DNA of 64,000 bases from an uncultured virus (IMG/VR IMGVR_UViG_3300030380_002570) (IMGVR_UViG_3300030380_002570), one strand, 5' to 3'; shown: positions 44,764-54,683, counted from the stretch's first letter. The notes: generated from the letters alone by a model not told the origin. Translations and numbers: made by a program.

Positions 44764-46619
44764 TAGCGTCTACCGTCCTGTCTCATATCAAATCTCAAAT
44801 CGCCAAGCCTCCAGCCATAACCCAAGCCATTGCTTTCTACGCGAAGCTTTGTATGTCTAGCTCTGGCTCGAACATGAGACTGCTTTGTCGTGTTGTTGAT
44901 TGTTGACGTGGTCAAAGTGCTTGCCTCTTCCAAAGGAAAGTCGCTGCCCTTGAGGGTTAGATCTATCGAAGCATCGACCTCCAGACCTGTAAATGAGAAG
45001 TCAGGGATGATCCGCTTGATAAACATGAAGCTATCGCCATCTCCAATCTCAAGATCGCCAGACTCAACAAACGCAGTCATGGCTGATCCGTCATCGTCAA
45101 ACCCAACCTCATGCTCGTACAGGATATTCGACTTGTCATTGGTATCAATTGCGCTTGTGGCTAACGGTCTGTTCTCAATTGAACGACCACCCCATGTACC
45201 CCTAGCAAGCGTTCCGACTGCCCACAGGTTCTCTGCATAATTGTACGAGACGTAGTTCGTTATGTCTGTGTTGCCCTCTCCGACTGGATAGAACCAGATC
45301 ACCTCAGAGTATTCATTGTTCTCGGCAGCAAAGACCTTGAATCGTTGAGATATGTTTAGGTTATCGAATACATGCTCTAACACAGAACACGGCAACGGTT
45401 GAACAGACCCGTTGTAAAGATAGAAACCACCTTGATCCATGAAGTAAACAGATCCTCTAGCGTTCACAGCCGCATTGGGGGATATCATTGATATATCTGT
45501 ACTTACAGTAGAAAACTGGAACGTAAAAGGTGCCCCAACAAATCTCATAGAGTGAAGGCTTACGTCAGTCCAGATAAGTATTTCCTGCCTAGCCTGCACC
45601 GCACCAATAATCTCAGACCCTGAGTTGATACGGACACCGCCAGCGGTGTTGGTCGCAGTAGGAGTCCAGTCTGCCGCGTTTTGCTGGTCAGAAAATCTAA
45701 CAAACAGCGGGTCAATTGCTGAACTTCCGATTGGGTTAGAACCAAAAGCAATAACGTGTTGATCAACATCTGAGACCATAACCTGTAAAGCAACAGTCGG
45801 TACGTTAGACGCTCCTCCTAGAGCCGTTGCATTAACCGCTCTGGTGCCTACACCAACAGACTCGTCCCAGTAGAAGATGCCACCGCCACGAGCGTTGAAG
45901 ATAAGATCTTCGCCAAAGTTGTCCTGACTCCACAGACGCAGTTGACCGGCGGCAGATATAGAGCTTGCACTGCCAAACGTACCTGCACCCCAAGCGCCTG
46001 CACCCCAGCCCGTACCAAGAATGAAGGCGTTCAACCCAGAGTTGATTTGATATGCGGCTACAGTAGAGCTACCGCCATTGCCGGTGTCGCTAGAATTTGC
46101 CGATACAGAAGCGCCTGTAGTGTCTATCGCCTCTATCGTGAACGTGTCAGTCGTAGGCACTGACGTAATCTGATACTCCTGATTCAAGACTGCGGCTGTG
46201 ATGTTACCGCCAAGAGTCGCTGCATCGGAAAACGTGACGAAGTCGTTCAACGCAGCACCGTGACCTGCCTCTGTCACTGTGATCGTTGATGATCCATCTG
46301 TTGCTGCAAACGTTGGATCACCAGCGCCAGTGGTTAATCTTATCGGAGTTACATCATTGAAGGTGGCACCTTCATTCACATAGAACTTTAGGTTTGTTCC
46401 GATACCAAGATACCTTGTGCCCTCTAGAGATGACCAAGAATGCAGCGATCTTGCTATGCCGTAGAACGTATCTGCTACAGACTTGACCCACCCGCCAATC
46501 TTTTCAACGCGACCTTTACGGAACCGTATCTTGTCGGAGTCAAACCATCCAGCGTCTGCCGTGTACTCAGTACCCTCTTTGTTTACGCCGGGGCTGAACT
46601 GAATCTTGGCGAGAGGCAT
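44763..46619 (-). CDS. Tail tubular protein B / DNA stabilisation (nozzle) protein
   Basis: 618 aa; PG-x-NK, RF-x-x-G-x-x-EKIGGW, RFSDQ, W-x-PT-x-TNTAG and C-terminal WRLG-x-x-R-x-D-x-x-x-DG-x-R. Confidence 0.75.
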   Translation of the reverse strand: MPLAKIQFSPGVNKEGTEYTADAGWFDSDKIRFRKGRVEKIGGWVKSVADTFYGIARSLHSWSSLEGTRYLGIGTNLKFYVNEGATFNDVTPIRLTTGAGDPTFAATDGSSTITVTEAGHGAALNDFVTFSDAATLGGNITAAVLNQEYQITSVPTTDTFTIEAIDTTGASVSANSSDTGNGGSSTVAAYQINSGLNAFILGTGWGAGAWGAGTFGSASSISAAGQLRLWSQDNFGEDLIFNARGGGIFYWDESVGVGTRAVNATALGGASNVPTVALQVMVSDVDQHVIAFGSNPIGSSAIDPLFVRFSDQQNAADWTPTATNTAGGVRINSGSEIIGAVQARQEILIWTDVSLHSMRFVGAPFTFQFSTVSTDISMISPNAAVNARGSVYFMDQGGFYLYNGSVQPLPCSVLEHVFDNLNISQRFKVFAAENNEYSEVIWFYPVGEGNTDITNYVSYNYAENLWAVGTLARGTWGGRSIENRPLATSAIDTNDKSNILYEHEVGFDDDGSAMTAFVESGDLEIGDGDSFMFIKRIIPDFSFTGLEVDASIDLTLKGSDFPLEEASTLTTSTINNTTKQSHVRARARHTKLRVESNGLGYGWRLGDLRFDMRQDGRR

Positions 46620-47209
46620 TACGTAAAAAACCCCCCAAGACCTTGAAGTGTAGCTTGTTGAGGAATACGGCTAATCGCAGGACGCGGACTGTACCCGCCC
46701 ATGTTCTGAGTCTGATACGGCAGCGGCATGGGCTGTGCCTGAAACATACCTGATCCACGGTTGCCTAGCGGGTTTTGCATCATGGGCATTGGCCCTTGGT
46801 TTTGCATGGGGGGAACGTTCATGCCGCCACCCTTTGATCCACCCTTGCCCGGAGAGGGTGCGCGGAATGGCATAGGTTGATATCGAGGCTGATTGTAGCC
46901 GCCAAAATTACCTTGATACATTTGACCGTATGTGGGCCGACGGAACGGCTGGGGCTGCTGAAACGCTCGCTGTTGTGGCAACCCTTGATAACCACGGTTA
47001 GCCCTCATATCGTTCATGATTGAGTTATAACCGGAGCCAAAACTAGGTTGCTGCTGCGGTTGTATAGGAAGAATTGCTGGGCCGCTAGTCATAACCGGCT
47101 GTTGTTGTTGTTGCGGTGGTTGATACCTGTTGTTTCCAACTCCTCCGCGTCCGTAAGGGACAGTTTGCGCTCCGCCTTTGCTGCCGCCGCCTGATCCGCC
47201 TCTAGCCAT
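46619..47209 (-). CDS. Gly/Gln/Pro/Met-rich low-complexity protein
   Basis: 196-aa ORF that fills the gap, TAATG-coupled to the tail gene. Confidence 0.6.
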   Translation of the reverse strand: MARGGSGGGSKGGAQTVPYGRGGVGNNRYQPPQQQQQPVMTSGPAILPIQPQQQPSFGSGYNSIMNDMRANRGYQGLPQQRAFQQPQPFRRPTYGQMYQGNFGGYNQPRYQPMPFRAPSPGKGGSKGGGMNVPPMQNQGPMPMMQNPLGNRGSGMFQAQPMPLPYQTQNMGGYSPRPAISRIPQQATLQGLGGFFT

Positions 47210-47212
47210 GAC

Positions 47213-47662
47213 CTATACCTCTTCCCAATTTTGCCCTAAGAACAAGAGAGCCTCTGCCTCTCTGCGCCTTACTAGACCGTCCAATACCTTACCGCCTGCT
47301 TTGTTCCATCGACGTATTTGCGTTGGAACATCGTTATAGTCTTCTTCGTTCAGCCTGATCAGCAAGGTGGACTCTCTCAGGTTAGTTGGCCCTAAGTTGT
47401 ATGTCCATGCTACTAAAGCGTCGAATTGATTCTGCTCTAAAGGACACTGCACGATGTCATTAACGTACCCCTCAAACTCTTCGAGGTCTTCAACGAGCAT
47501 GCTCTCAGCGTCTTCTTGAGAGCAGGTATCGCCCTCTTCTACGCCGCGAGTGTGCCCATAACCAATCGTCCAAACGTTGGCAGAACATTGATATGCCTCA
47601 AGTTCGCATCCCTCAAACTTTTTTATGAGAGCCACGCCCTCTGCGCTTGTCTTCCTATCCAT
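47213..47662 (-). CDS. Endolysin, GH24 lysozyme
   Basis: LIKKFEG...WTIGYGHT...QFDALV...GLVRRR-x-AE. Confidence 0.92.
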   Translation of the reverse strand: MDRKTSAEGVALIKKFEGCELEAYQCSANVWTIGYGHTRGVEEGDTCSQEDAESMLVEDLEEFEGYVNDIVQCPLEQNQFDALVAWTYNLGPTNLRESTLLIRLNEEDYNDVPTQIRRWNKAGGKVLDGLVRRREAEALLFLGQNWEEV

Positions 47663-48161
47663 AAGATCTCTGCACCTTAAAAAACGAGTTTCGTTTCTTT
47701 TGATATATATTCAGTGTACATCTAATTTCGTCAGTCGTATTGCGGTACATGTGCCTCTGGCCCTTGTTTACCCACGACACTAGGCGGTTTGGCTTCCAGA
47801 TAATCTCGTCAAACGAAATTCTGTTAACACTTTCTTCTTTAACAAATGACGTGCCGTCTCCCTGCTCTGGATAAAGGTACACCACAGTGCTGACAATCTT
47901 GTTTGGGTTGTCGGCGTGAATGTTGTACTCGTAACCCGGATAACACTTCACAACTGTTACGTCAAAAAAGCCAACCGGCTCTCCTACTTTTTCTTGATAG
48001 CAGGACTTGATTTGCTGGCTTATGTCATCGCCCAGACTTGCCTCGTGCTTATCGGCACCTTTATGGTCATCGATAAGCCTGTAATCTAGATCGTCCAATT
48101 CGCCCAATAGCTGGCTATACAGGTCTTTATAAAGAAAGTTATCTAGCACCTTCACTGGCAA
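47655..48161 (-). CDS. 2OG-Fe(II) oxygenase
   Basis: H-x-D (HAD), S-x-VVYL, GT, PNR, distal H and R. Confidence 0.75.
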   Translation of the reverse strand: MPVKVLDNFLYKDLYSQLLGELDDLDYRLIDDHKGADKHEASLGDDISQQIKSCYQEKVGEPVGFFDVTVVKCYPGYEYNIHADNPNKIVSTVVYLYPEQGDGTSFVKEESVNRISFDEIIWKPNRLVSWVNKGQRHMYRNTTDEIRCTLNIYQKKRNSFFKVQRSYG

Positions 48162-48855
48162 CGTCCTTAGATTCTCTCAACCTGCACATAAGGTCTTGAT
48201 ATTTAACAGGATCTTGTATTTTTATTAACGCCTTAACGTCTTCTAAAGGCATTGATAGCAATGCAGGCCAGTCCGCACCTGCAAGCCACTTAGCTTTCCG
48301 CCCATGTCTATACGCTTCAAAAGATGCGCCAAAGACTCCCCAGCCTTTCTTCCTAGCATGCGTTATCGTCATGGGGATTGTCATGGCAACGATGCCAAAG
48401 TTTGCAAAGTTGCCGTGCAGAAACCAAAGGAGAACAACTTCGCCAAATGGATTGCGCTCGTAATCTGTAACCGTGTGGGTAAGATCGTGCTGATCTCTGT
48501 ACCACTTGATGTATGTGTTAAACCCTGACTCAGAAGGCTTCTCTCCACGGCCCTTTGTGTCTCCTGCAAACTGCGAGGTAGAGCGATTTGTTTCCACTAG
48601 AAACTTAGAGTACTCGCGCCCTAAGCTGCCAACAGGCATTGCCTTTAAGCTGTCAACGTCATCTAGAACGTGAACCAACGACTCACTGTTCATGATGACT
48701 CTTGAGCCTAACTCTGTATTACGAAACCTTTCGTACTGCTTTCGCACTGAGCCAGACGAAAGCCAGTTAAAAATAACAAAAGCCGCCTCTAGATCGTTGG
48801 GATTTTTGTATAGCCTACGCATGGCGCTAAACACTCTACGCCATCGGGTGTGCAT
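48139..48855 (-). CDS. Coq4-family protein
   Basis: L-x-x-MP-x-GSLG-x-x-Y and HD-x-x-H-x11-E (HDLTHTVTDYERNPFGE); start 48855 or 48906. Confidence 0.8.
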   Translation of the reverse strand: MHTRWRRVFSAMRRLYKNPNDLEAAFVIFNWLSSGSVRKQYERFRNTELGSRVIMNSESLVHVLDDVDSLKAMPVGSLGREYSKFLVETNRSTSQFAGDTKGRGEKPSESGFNTYIKWYRDQHDLTHTVTDYERNPFGEVVLLWFLHGNFANFGIVAMTIPMTITHARKKGWGVFGASFEAYRHGRKAKWLAGADWPALLSMPLEDVKALIKIQDPVKYQDLMCRLRESKDVASEGAR

Positions 48856-48860
48856 CTTTC

Positions 48861-49685
48861 TCAAAGCCAACGTTTGTACCTCTCCACAAGATCTGGTTTG
48901 GCACAACTTACGTCACATGACGCACATGGATCAACAGCATCCCTGTTTCCGTTTATAAGCTCCCTGCTTATCTCTGCAAGCCTTGGGTTGTCGCGCCATT
49001 CTCTGAACAGGTTTACGTCTTTGACGTTGCCAAACCCTATTTGGTGTGACCAGTCGTTGCAACACATCTGCAACTGCCCATCGAAGTTAATGAATATGCC
49101 CCTCATGGGATGAACGCACGGCCCCTTCACAGCAGTGCCGCCAGCTATCAACCCCGCCCTGTGATTGAAAGCATGCTTCCATCTAATCGGTTTACCCTTT
49201 GGGTCAGCATAATCAGGAAGGCGATTTACATCTTCAACTGACCCGCCGTCAGGCTTCCAATAGTCCTCAATCCGCTCACCGTTATTTAGGCGAGGGTATT
49301 TTGCCCTTCTAGCATTGAAGTCTTCTTCCGTCGTGTAGGTGTTCAGCACAAGGTTGTCTAGCTGACGATAGTATTTCCAGTAACGATCAAGCCGCCATCC
49401 GTTTGTCGTTATCTGTGCGCGATATCTTCTAGGCTTACGGAGAAGACGCTGTATTATCTTCTCGAACTTTGGATTGTTGGTGCTTTCCCCTCGGCCTGCC
49501 AGCATGACAGTACCATCAAAGCGCCACTCCTCAATCTGATCCATGATCGAATCAAACATTTCCAGACTCATGTTCTGGTTGTTGTTGGGATATATTGATG
49601 CGTCAGATCGTGGACAGAACGAACAGGTGCGATTGCACAAGTCCGTAATGTTTATGTCAATCTGTAGTATCCCCTCCAGATCCAT
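48861..49685 (-). CDS. Radical SAM protein with SPASM/twitch domain
   Basis: CNRTCSFC, TTNG, C-x-HP...CC-x-DW...C-x-x-C. Confidence 0.9.
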   Translation of the reverse strand: MDLEGILQIDINITDLCNRTCSFCPRSDASIYPNNNQNMSLEMFDSIMDQIEEWRFDGTVMLAGRGESTNNPKFEKIIQRLLRKPRRYRAQITTNGWRLDRYWKYYRQLDNLVLNTYTTEEDFNARRAKYPRLNNGERIEDYWKPDGGSVEDVNRLPDYADPKGKPIRWKHAFNHRAGLIAGGTAVKGPCVHPMRGIFINFDGQLQMCCNDWSHQIGFGNVKDVNLFREWRDNPRLAEISRELINGNRDAVDPCASCDVSCAKPDLVERYKRWL

Positions 49686-50046
49686 CAGTATCTTCCGACA
49701 AGTCTTTGTAGTATTCGATTATAGATAAAACCTGTCGTATATACCTCTTCAGTTCCGCCATGTTGGAGGAGAGGTTCTCATAACCCTTTGGCGACACCCC
49801 ATAATATGCGTTCACTGGGGCGTTACCGTCATTCAGATCTTGCAGGTATTCACTCATCGTGTCTGGCGTTAAGACCTTCCACTCAACAGGTGACATTGAA
49901 ACGGCGTTAGGCAAGGGCGGATGATAAACGGCTGCTGGCTGGACTACCGTAACGACTTCAACCTTCTTTGTCTCAGGAACGTATGGCTCACGACCTATGA
50001 GGCCGCAGCCGCTAAGTAGAAGGATCGGTAATAGCTTCCAGATCAC
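49657..50046 (-). CDS. Outer-membrane spanin (lipoprotein)
   Basis: Lipobox LSGC, Pro-rich stretch, directly downstream of the i-spanin. Confidence 0.7.
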   Translation of the reverse strand: MIWKLLPILLLSGCGLIGREPYVPETKKVEVVTVVQPAAVYHPPLPNAVSMSPVEWKVLTPDTMSEYLQDLNDGNAPVNAYYGVSPKGYENLSSNMAELKRYIRQVLSIIEYYKDLSEDTDGSGGDTTD

Positions 50047-50408
50047 TCAGCACCTCCNNNNNNNNNNTTGATTATGTTCTGTATCAACCCCGGCTTTCGT
50101 AAGGAAAGTACAGTCATGTCGTGCTTGGCGAACTTTTTTCTGATCGACTCCACCTCACGCTGGGACTCTGCATTGTCAATCTGCAACTGGGAAACACGCT
50201 CATACATCTCTTGCTGGCGGCTTTCTTGCTTAATGATCTGGTCGTTAAGCTGCTCTACGCTAGACTCTAGGGCAACTTGATTGTCTGCCGCTACTCTAAG
50301 CTGGGCAGACAGCGACTCTTTCTCTGCCTCTGCCTTGTCAACGTAAAGCTTAAAAGCTCCCCCAGTCAGGGCGAGAGCAACCCCAAGAATTCCAGCTAGC
50401 TGCCACAT
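50043..50408 (-). CDS. Inner-membrane spanin (spans N gap 50058-50067)
   Basis: N-terminal TM helix followed by coiled coil. Confidence 0.65.
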   Translation of the reverse strand: MWQLAGILGVALALTGGAFKLYVDKAEAEKESLSAQLRVAADNQVALESSVEQLNDQIIKQESRQQEMYERVSQLQIDNAESQREVESIRKKFAKHDMTVLSLRKPGLIQNIIXXXXGGAE

Positions 50409-50409
50409 G

Positions 50410-50736
50410 TCACTTCCTATTTGACCATGCTTGTGCGCCAAAGAAAGCGGCAAGTATGCCTGCAACCGATACAAAGTAGACCGCAGCCATATCACCGAGA
50501 ATCGAGGCCGCTTGATTCATGCCAAAGAACTCGCTAACCACGACCAGCGATGGATATAAAAGCATGCCCCATAAAGCAAACCAACTCATGGCTCGTTGTG
50601 CATCGGCGCGTTCATGCTGCAACCGCAACTCTTGTAGCTCTTTACTGGTGTTTAGCTCTTCATCAGTAATGATGCCGTCGCCATCTGCGTCATATTCAGC
50701 GTACTCACTACCTTCTTCTAACCGCTTTGCGTTCAT
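50410..50736 (-). CDS. Holin-like membrane protein with EF-hand-like DADGDG loop
   Basis: Two TM helices; in the lysis cluster. Confidence 0.55.
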   Translation of the reverse strand: MNAKRLEEGSEYAEYDADGDGIITDEELNTSKELQELRLQHERADAQRAMSWFALWGMLLYPSLVVVSEFFGMNQAASILGDMAAVYFVSVAGILAAFFGAQAWSNRK

Positions 50737-50738
50737 AA

Positions 50739-51206
50739 CTACGGCCCAAATGCTTTGATAATTAAGTAAATCATACCAACGGCTACACCACCGCCAACAA
50801 TTAAAGCCACTGCTCCAACTGAAATGTCGTGCATGAGCTTCTCACGCTCTTTGCGCTTCTTGTTCAACATAGCTTGATGAGCCTTCCTGTCCCTCTCTTG
50901 CTGCATGATTGCTTCATCGTAGTCCTTCAACAGCTTAGGGTCTGCGACAAGAAGCAAATCCCTCAAATCTTTTTGATATCGCTCTTGCGACCTACGAAGC
51001 ATTTGCAGCTTTAAGATGTCGTTCTTAGATAATGGCTTGAATGCAGAGGACTTGCGGTCAATCTCAAACGTGTTGAGGGCTTCGCCAAAATCGGACACCA
51101 AAGCCATAGCCTGATCGACATTAGCCTTGCCCTCATTTACATTCTGAATGACCGTATTGATCTGCTGGAGCAACATCCCAGCCGCTGCAACAGACTCAAT
51201 AATCAT
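50739..51206 (-). CDS. Coiled-coil protein with C-terminal TM helix
   Basis: Composition; operon position. Confidence 0.6.
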   Translation of the reverse strand: MIIESVAAAGMLLQQINTVIQNVNEGKANVDQAMALVSDFGEALNTFEIDRKSSAFKPLSKNDILKLQMLRRSQERYQKDLRDLLLVADPKLLKDYDEAIMQQERDRKAHQAMLNKKRKEREKLMHDISVGAVALIVGGGVAVGMIYLIIKAFGP

Positions 51207-51209
51207 GAT

Positions 51210-51398
51210 CTATCCCAAAAGAAACTGGGGCAACGCGACAGCCAGAACAACGGCGGCATACACTCCCCAGATCATTGTTTCAAGGCGGTCGAATCTTTTA
51301 CTCCCAGCGTCAAGACGCTGCTCTATACCTTGATATCGCACGGCACACTCACGCTCATGGGCATCAATTTTTGCTATAGCCTTCTCTGTTGGAGTCAT
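51210..51398 (-). CDS. XhlA-like small membrane protein
   Basis: HERECAVRY...RLE plus C-terminal TM helix. Confidence 0.6.
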   Translation of the reverse strand: MTPTEKAIAKIDAHERECAVRYQGIEQRLDAGSKRFDRLETMIWGVYAAVVLAVALPQFLLG

Positions 51399-51583
51399 CT
51401 GAGTCTACCTTTTCTCATGTCTTGTCTAGCCTCTTGAAGCATTTCTGAAACAGCATGCCACCAGATCACACTGACCTTTCCCGTAACTACGACGGCAACG
51501 AAACCTTGGTCTTGAGCTTCTTGAATAGCTCTTCTAACGGCCTCAGTAATATCGCCAATGTCACAATCAGTGTTATCTGACAT
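51395..51583 (-). CDS. Hypothetical protein
   Basis: Coupled ORF. Confidence 0.45.
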   Translation of the reverse strand: MSDNTDCDIGDITEAVRRAIQEAQDQGFVAVVVTGKVSVIWWHAVSEMLQEARQDMRKGRLR

Positions 51584-51791
51584 AAGAATACCAGTACCTC
51601 AAGCCTCGAATCAGAAGCCTCTTCTCGCCAGAAGTCTGACTCTTCTTTGGTCACTTGCCTTTTTTCTTTGGAAGGGTTTTCTCTAGCCTGTCAGCTTGCC
51701 CTGCGTGTAGCTTTGATGCTTTACGTAGCTCGGCTATCATTTTGCGCTTTTGCGCNNNNNNNNNNTGCTGTCAGTTCCGCCATAAGTTTTC

Positions 51792-51998
51792 CTAAACGCT
51801 GATGTTAATTCTTCGGGTAGGAGCTAATTGCTCTACAGTAATTCTGCCATCTTTCATGGTGTACACGGTGGGCATTATTGTCTGTATAGCTTCTCGCACT
51901 AGCTCGCCGTCACCGCCTGTTCTCAGAACCTCTTGCTTCTGGACAGCAACCTGCTTCCAGCTAACCTGAGACATCCCACCAACAGCGCCAACGTCCAT
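51792..51998 (-). CDS. Hypothetical protein
   Basis: Coupled to the upstream small ORF. Confidence 0.55.
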   Translation of the reverse strand: MDVGAVGGMSQVSWKQVAVQKQEVLRTGGDGELVREAIQTIMPTVYTMKDGRITVEQLAPTRRINISV

Positions 51999-52162
51999 CA
52001 GTCTTTAGCCTTGCCAATGTTTAGAGCCAAGATGTCCACCAACTTGTAGAGCTTACCTATCATCTCGTCATCTCTTGGCGTATCTGTGGCTGCTGCAATC
52101 AGTGACGCAACGGTAACAATACCCGTAACGATCACAATTACATTGCCTATAAAGTCCAACAT
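51998..52162 (-). CDS. Small holin-like protein, 54 aa (MLDFIGNVIVIVTGIVTVASLIAAATDTPRDD...)
   Basis: Translated by hand; RBS aggagg; TM helix and T-x-TP-x-DD motif. Confidence 0.6.
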   Translation of the reverse strand: MLDFIGNVIVIVTGIVTVASLIAAATDTPRDDEMIGKLYKLVDILALNIGKAKD

Positions 52163-52171
52163 AAAAGCCTC

Positions 52172-52393
52172 CTATGTAACTGGTCTCAAATCTGGAATGC
52201 TTTCGGTGTTCATCGAACTCCAATCCTTCACGCCATGAGCTATCTCATCCGCAAGCGTGGCACACAAACGCTCATACGCCGTCTGTTGTAAGGTGGCGTT
52301 GCAGTGCTCTACCAGCAGGTTCTGTAATTTTTCTGGCAGATCTACGACCTTGTACTCAGTGCCATCCACGTCAATTGTTTCAGGTATATACAT
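52172..52393 (-). CDS. Hypothetical protein (IDVDGTEY motif)
   Basis: RBS aagga. Confidence 0.55.
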   Translation of the reverse strand: MYIPETIDVDGTEYKVVDLPEKLQNLLVEHCNATLQQTAYERLCATLADEIAHGVKDWSSMNTESIPDLRPVT

Positions 52394-52402
52394 CGCTTGT
52401 CC

Positions 52403-52981
52403 TTAATCGTCATCAACAACAATGTTTGCGTTGCTGTTCATCGTGAGTGTTCTTACATTACGACCAGAGTAGACTGTGTCCGAATAATCTTCTAGTGTCT
52501 CTGATATCCCCCAGTCACCACTTACATCTTTAATTCGCGCGTTACCGTCATCAGTGAAGTCTTTGAGACGATTACCTTTTTCAGAAATATGACTCTGGAT
52601 GCCAGTAACCCCCTGTTCCTTCAGCCATGTATGAAAGCTAAGAACATTGGCTGTGTCATAAACATAGCTTCTGCTGCCATTAGCGTCATCCGCCCCAAGC
52701 CAGACCCACATATCTAACTGGCTGTTAGCCACTGTTCCAAAAATCATGGTGAGCAACAGACCGTCATCCTCTGTCTTAAAGCAGAAAGCGTTATCTTTTG
52801 AGATAAAGTGTTCGCAAATACTACGAATATGCGCCTTTTGGTCATCGTATGTTGTCAGTTCTCTCTCAGCAAAAGGGAACGTACCTGTATCTGGGTCTGT
52901 CATAATGGCTAACGAACCATCAAACACACGGTCAAACTCAGCATCTACGATGGAGAATATGCGTGTACGAACTAATGCCAT
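52403..52981 (-). CDS. Hypothetical protein
   Basis: 192 aa, TAATG-coupled. Confidence 0.6.
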   Translation of the reverse strand: MALVRTRIFSIVDAEFDRVFDGSLAIMTDPDTGTFPFAERELTTYDDQKAHIRSICEHFISKDNAFCFKTEDDGLLLTMIFGTVANSQLDMWVWLGADDANGSRSYVYDTANVLSFHTWLKEQGVTGIQSHISEKGNRLKDFTDDGNARIKDVSGDWGISETLEDYSDTVYSGRNVRTLTMNSNANIVVDDD

Positions 52982-53679
52982 TAGTTACTCTCCGCTAAAG
53001 CTTTGATAAATTTTGATTGGCTCTTGCATCGACCTATATACGCTTCAGCTTGAGCCTTCTTCTCTGCGTTGAGATTGCCCACAAACGGCGTAACACGATC
53101 TAATGCGTATGCGTATCTAGCGGCACCATAGAGGCCGTGGGTCAATACGCCGACATAGTTCAACACACTTGCTTGATGCCCAAGAACGCCGTATCTAGCG
53201 AGTTCTGCGGCAGGTAATACCCTTTCTGCAACACGATCCACTCTATGGTTCATGTAGCGCGGCATCTTCAGGATTTTTTTATCGCGCAAGGCACCCGCAT
53301 CCTGTTCAGGAGCGGCGTCCCACATGTCAGGATTGACTATGATTACATCTAAGTCCCATGTCCCGTGAGTGATGTTCGCACCGGCTAAGTTGTATATCTG
53401 GTCGTGATTTGGGTTATCGACATAAACCCCGCGCTTAGATAGAGATATGTGGAATGCAGAAAGCTTTTCATCTGGTGGCAAGTCTTCTAGCTTTATATCA
53501 AGAACGACACCGCCTCGGACGCACATAGTGATGCCGTCTGCATTATCAAGTGCCGCAGCAATAACACCAGAAGCCCCCTTCTTGATTAGGACAGGCTCCC
53601 AATCAGGCATGTTCGCCTTGATTGAGTCTACTGTGATTGCGCTCCAAGCGTTCTCACGGACTAGTATTTTTGGGTTCAA
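52981..53679 (-). CDS. Putative GT-A (GT8-like) glycosyltransferase, diverged
   Basis: SIKAN-x-P N-terminus and DLDVIIVNPDMW resembling the GT8 NSGV-x-x-x-N-x-x-x-W segment; weak. Confidence 0.4.
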   Translation of the reverse strand: MNPKILVRENAWSAITVDSIKANMPDWEPVLIKKGASGVIAAALDNADGITMCVRGGVVLDIKLEDLPPDEKLSAFHISLSKRGVYVDNPNHDQIYNLAGANITHGTWDLDVIIVNPDMWDAAPEQDAGALRDKKILKMPRYMNHRVDRVAERVLPAAELARYGVLGHQASVLNYVGVLTHGLYGAARYAYALDRVTPFVGNLNAEKKAQAEAYIGRCKSQSKFIKALAESN

Positions 53680-54547
53680 TGTGAGGAACCTCCGAAAACT
53701 GGTTGAAGAAAGACGCTATGCGATCTAGCGCATCATCGCTTTTGCCGTAAATTATACCGCTAAAAGGACTGTCAAATACCCGTATTAGGTTATCTCTGTA
53801 GTTGCCACCGCTTAGTATCGCCTTGTATATGGGATCGTATGTGCCATGACTTTTACATTTGAGGTCTGTAAATAGATGAAAGCCCTTGCCTGCGGCTATT
53901 GCCGCTATGCCCATTTCGCTATTCCAACAACAGCCCACAATGTCTGCGGCCTGCATAAGCTCATGACCAGACTCTTTCTTCTCTAAAACGTTGTCTTCGC
54001 CATAGAGGTTTTTTAGATGAACCACCAAAGATACGCTGGAAATAGGGTGAGGCTTTATAACAGCGCCTTGATCAACGGCGGCTTTTGCTTTATCCCAATC
54101 AAAGACTTTCTTTATGCAGTTAGTTCCGGGCAGGAATATGACGAACTTGTGCTTTGCGCTTGAGCGTCTGAGCCTGTACTTGTCCGCAATACCCTTGCCC
54201 ATCTGATCAACTAGCTTTTCGCCATATCCGGTTGGGTCAAGCTTTACACTTGCATACATAGCCATTTCAGCGAAATGCTGATTGGCTGGCTTTATGTACA
54301 AGTAGTCTTCAAGCGCATCGGTGTAAACGTAGCCGTGTATTTCTTTGTTACCCCCCATTGAATACCAAAGATCGTACTCAAGGTTGGTGTTATACAGGCC
54401 GCGCTTGGGCAGCAAACTAGCTAGATTTAAGGAATTGCACTTAGGGTTTCTAAGAATGTTGCCGCTCTTGAAGAAGTGCGCCCCAGCATTGCCAAGGCGA
54501 TCATCAATAGCTAACTGGTCAATCGGCATCTTTAGCCCCTGCACCAT
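53654..54547 (-). CDS. Capsule-polysaccharide-synthesis (KpsC/KpsS-like) glycosyltransferase
   Basis: IKPHP and L-x-x-x-AD-x-V-x-x-x-NS-x-x-G-x-x-A-x-x-x-GK motifs; start may be 54529. Confidence 0.65.
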   Translation of the reverse strand: MVQGLKMPIDQLAIDDRLGNAGAHFFKSGNILRNPKCNSLNLASLLPKRGLYNTNLEYDLWYSMGGNKEIHGYVYTDALEDYLYIKPANQHFAEMAMYASVKLDPTGYGEKLVDQMGKGIADKYRLRRSSAKHKFVIFLPGTNCIKKVFDWDKAKAAVDQGAVIKPHPISSVSLVVHLKNLYGEDNVLEKKESGHELMQAADIVGCCWNSEMGIAAIAAGKGFHLFTDLKCKSHGTYDPIYKAILSGGNYRDNLIRVFDSPFSGIIYGKSDDALDRIASFFNQFSEVPHIEPKNTSP

Positions 54548-54683
54548 CCTTGAGGTCAGATATCATCTTTTCTAACTCATCGAAACGATCTTCTGAGTCA
54601 CCGAAATGCTCAAGGACTATGTCGAGCATTGTTTCTATGCGCTTGTTTATAGCCTTTAACTCGTCCTCTAGTCTTCCGTCCAT
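54519..54683 (-). CDS. Small coiled-coil protein, 54 aa (MDGRLEDELKAINKRIETML...)
   Basis: Translated by hand; bridges the Thr-rich gene and the GT gene. Confidence 0.5.
   Translation of the reverse strand: MDGRLEDELKAINKRIETMLDIVLEHFGDSEDRFDELEKMISDLKDGAGAKDAD

Noticed and set aside
50058..51765. Apparently truncated or odd ORFs near 50058-50067 and 51756-51765
   Set aside because: Caused by N gaps in the scaffold, so not called as pseudogenes.
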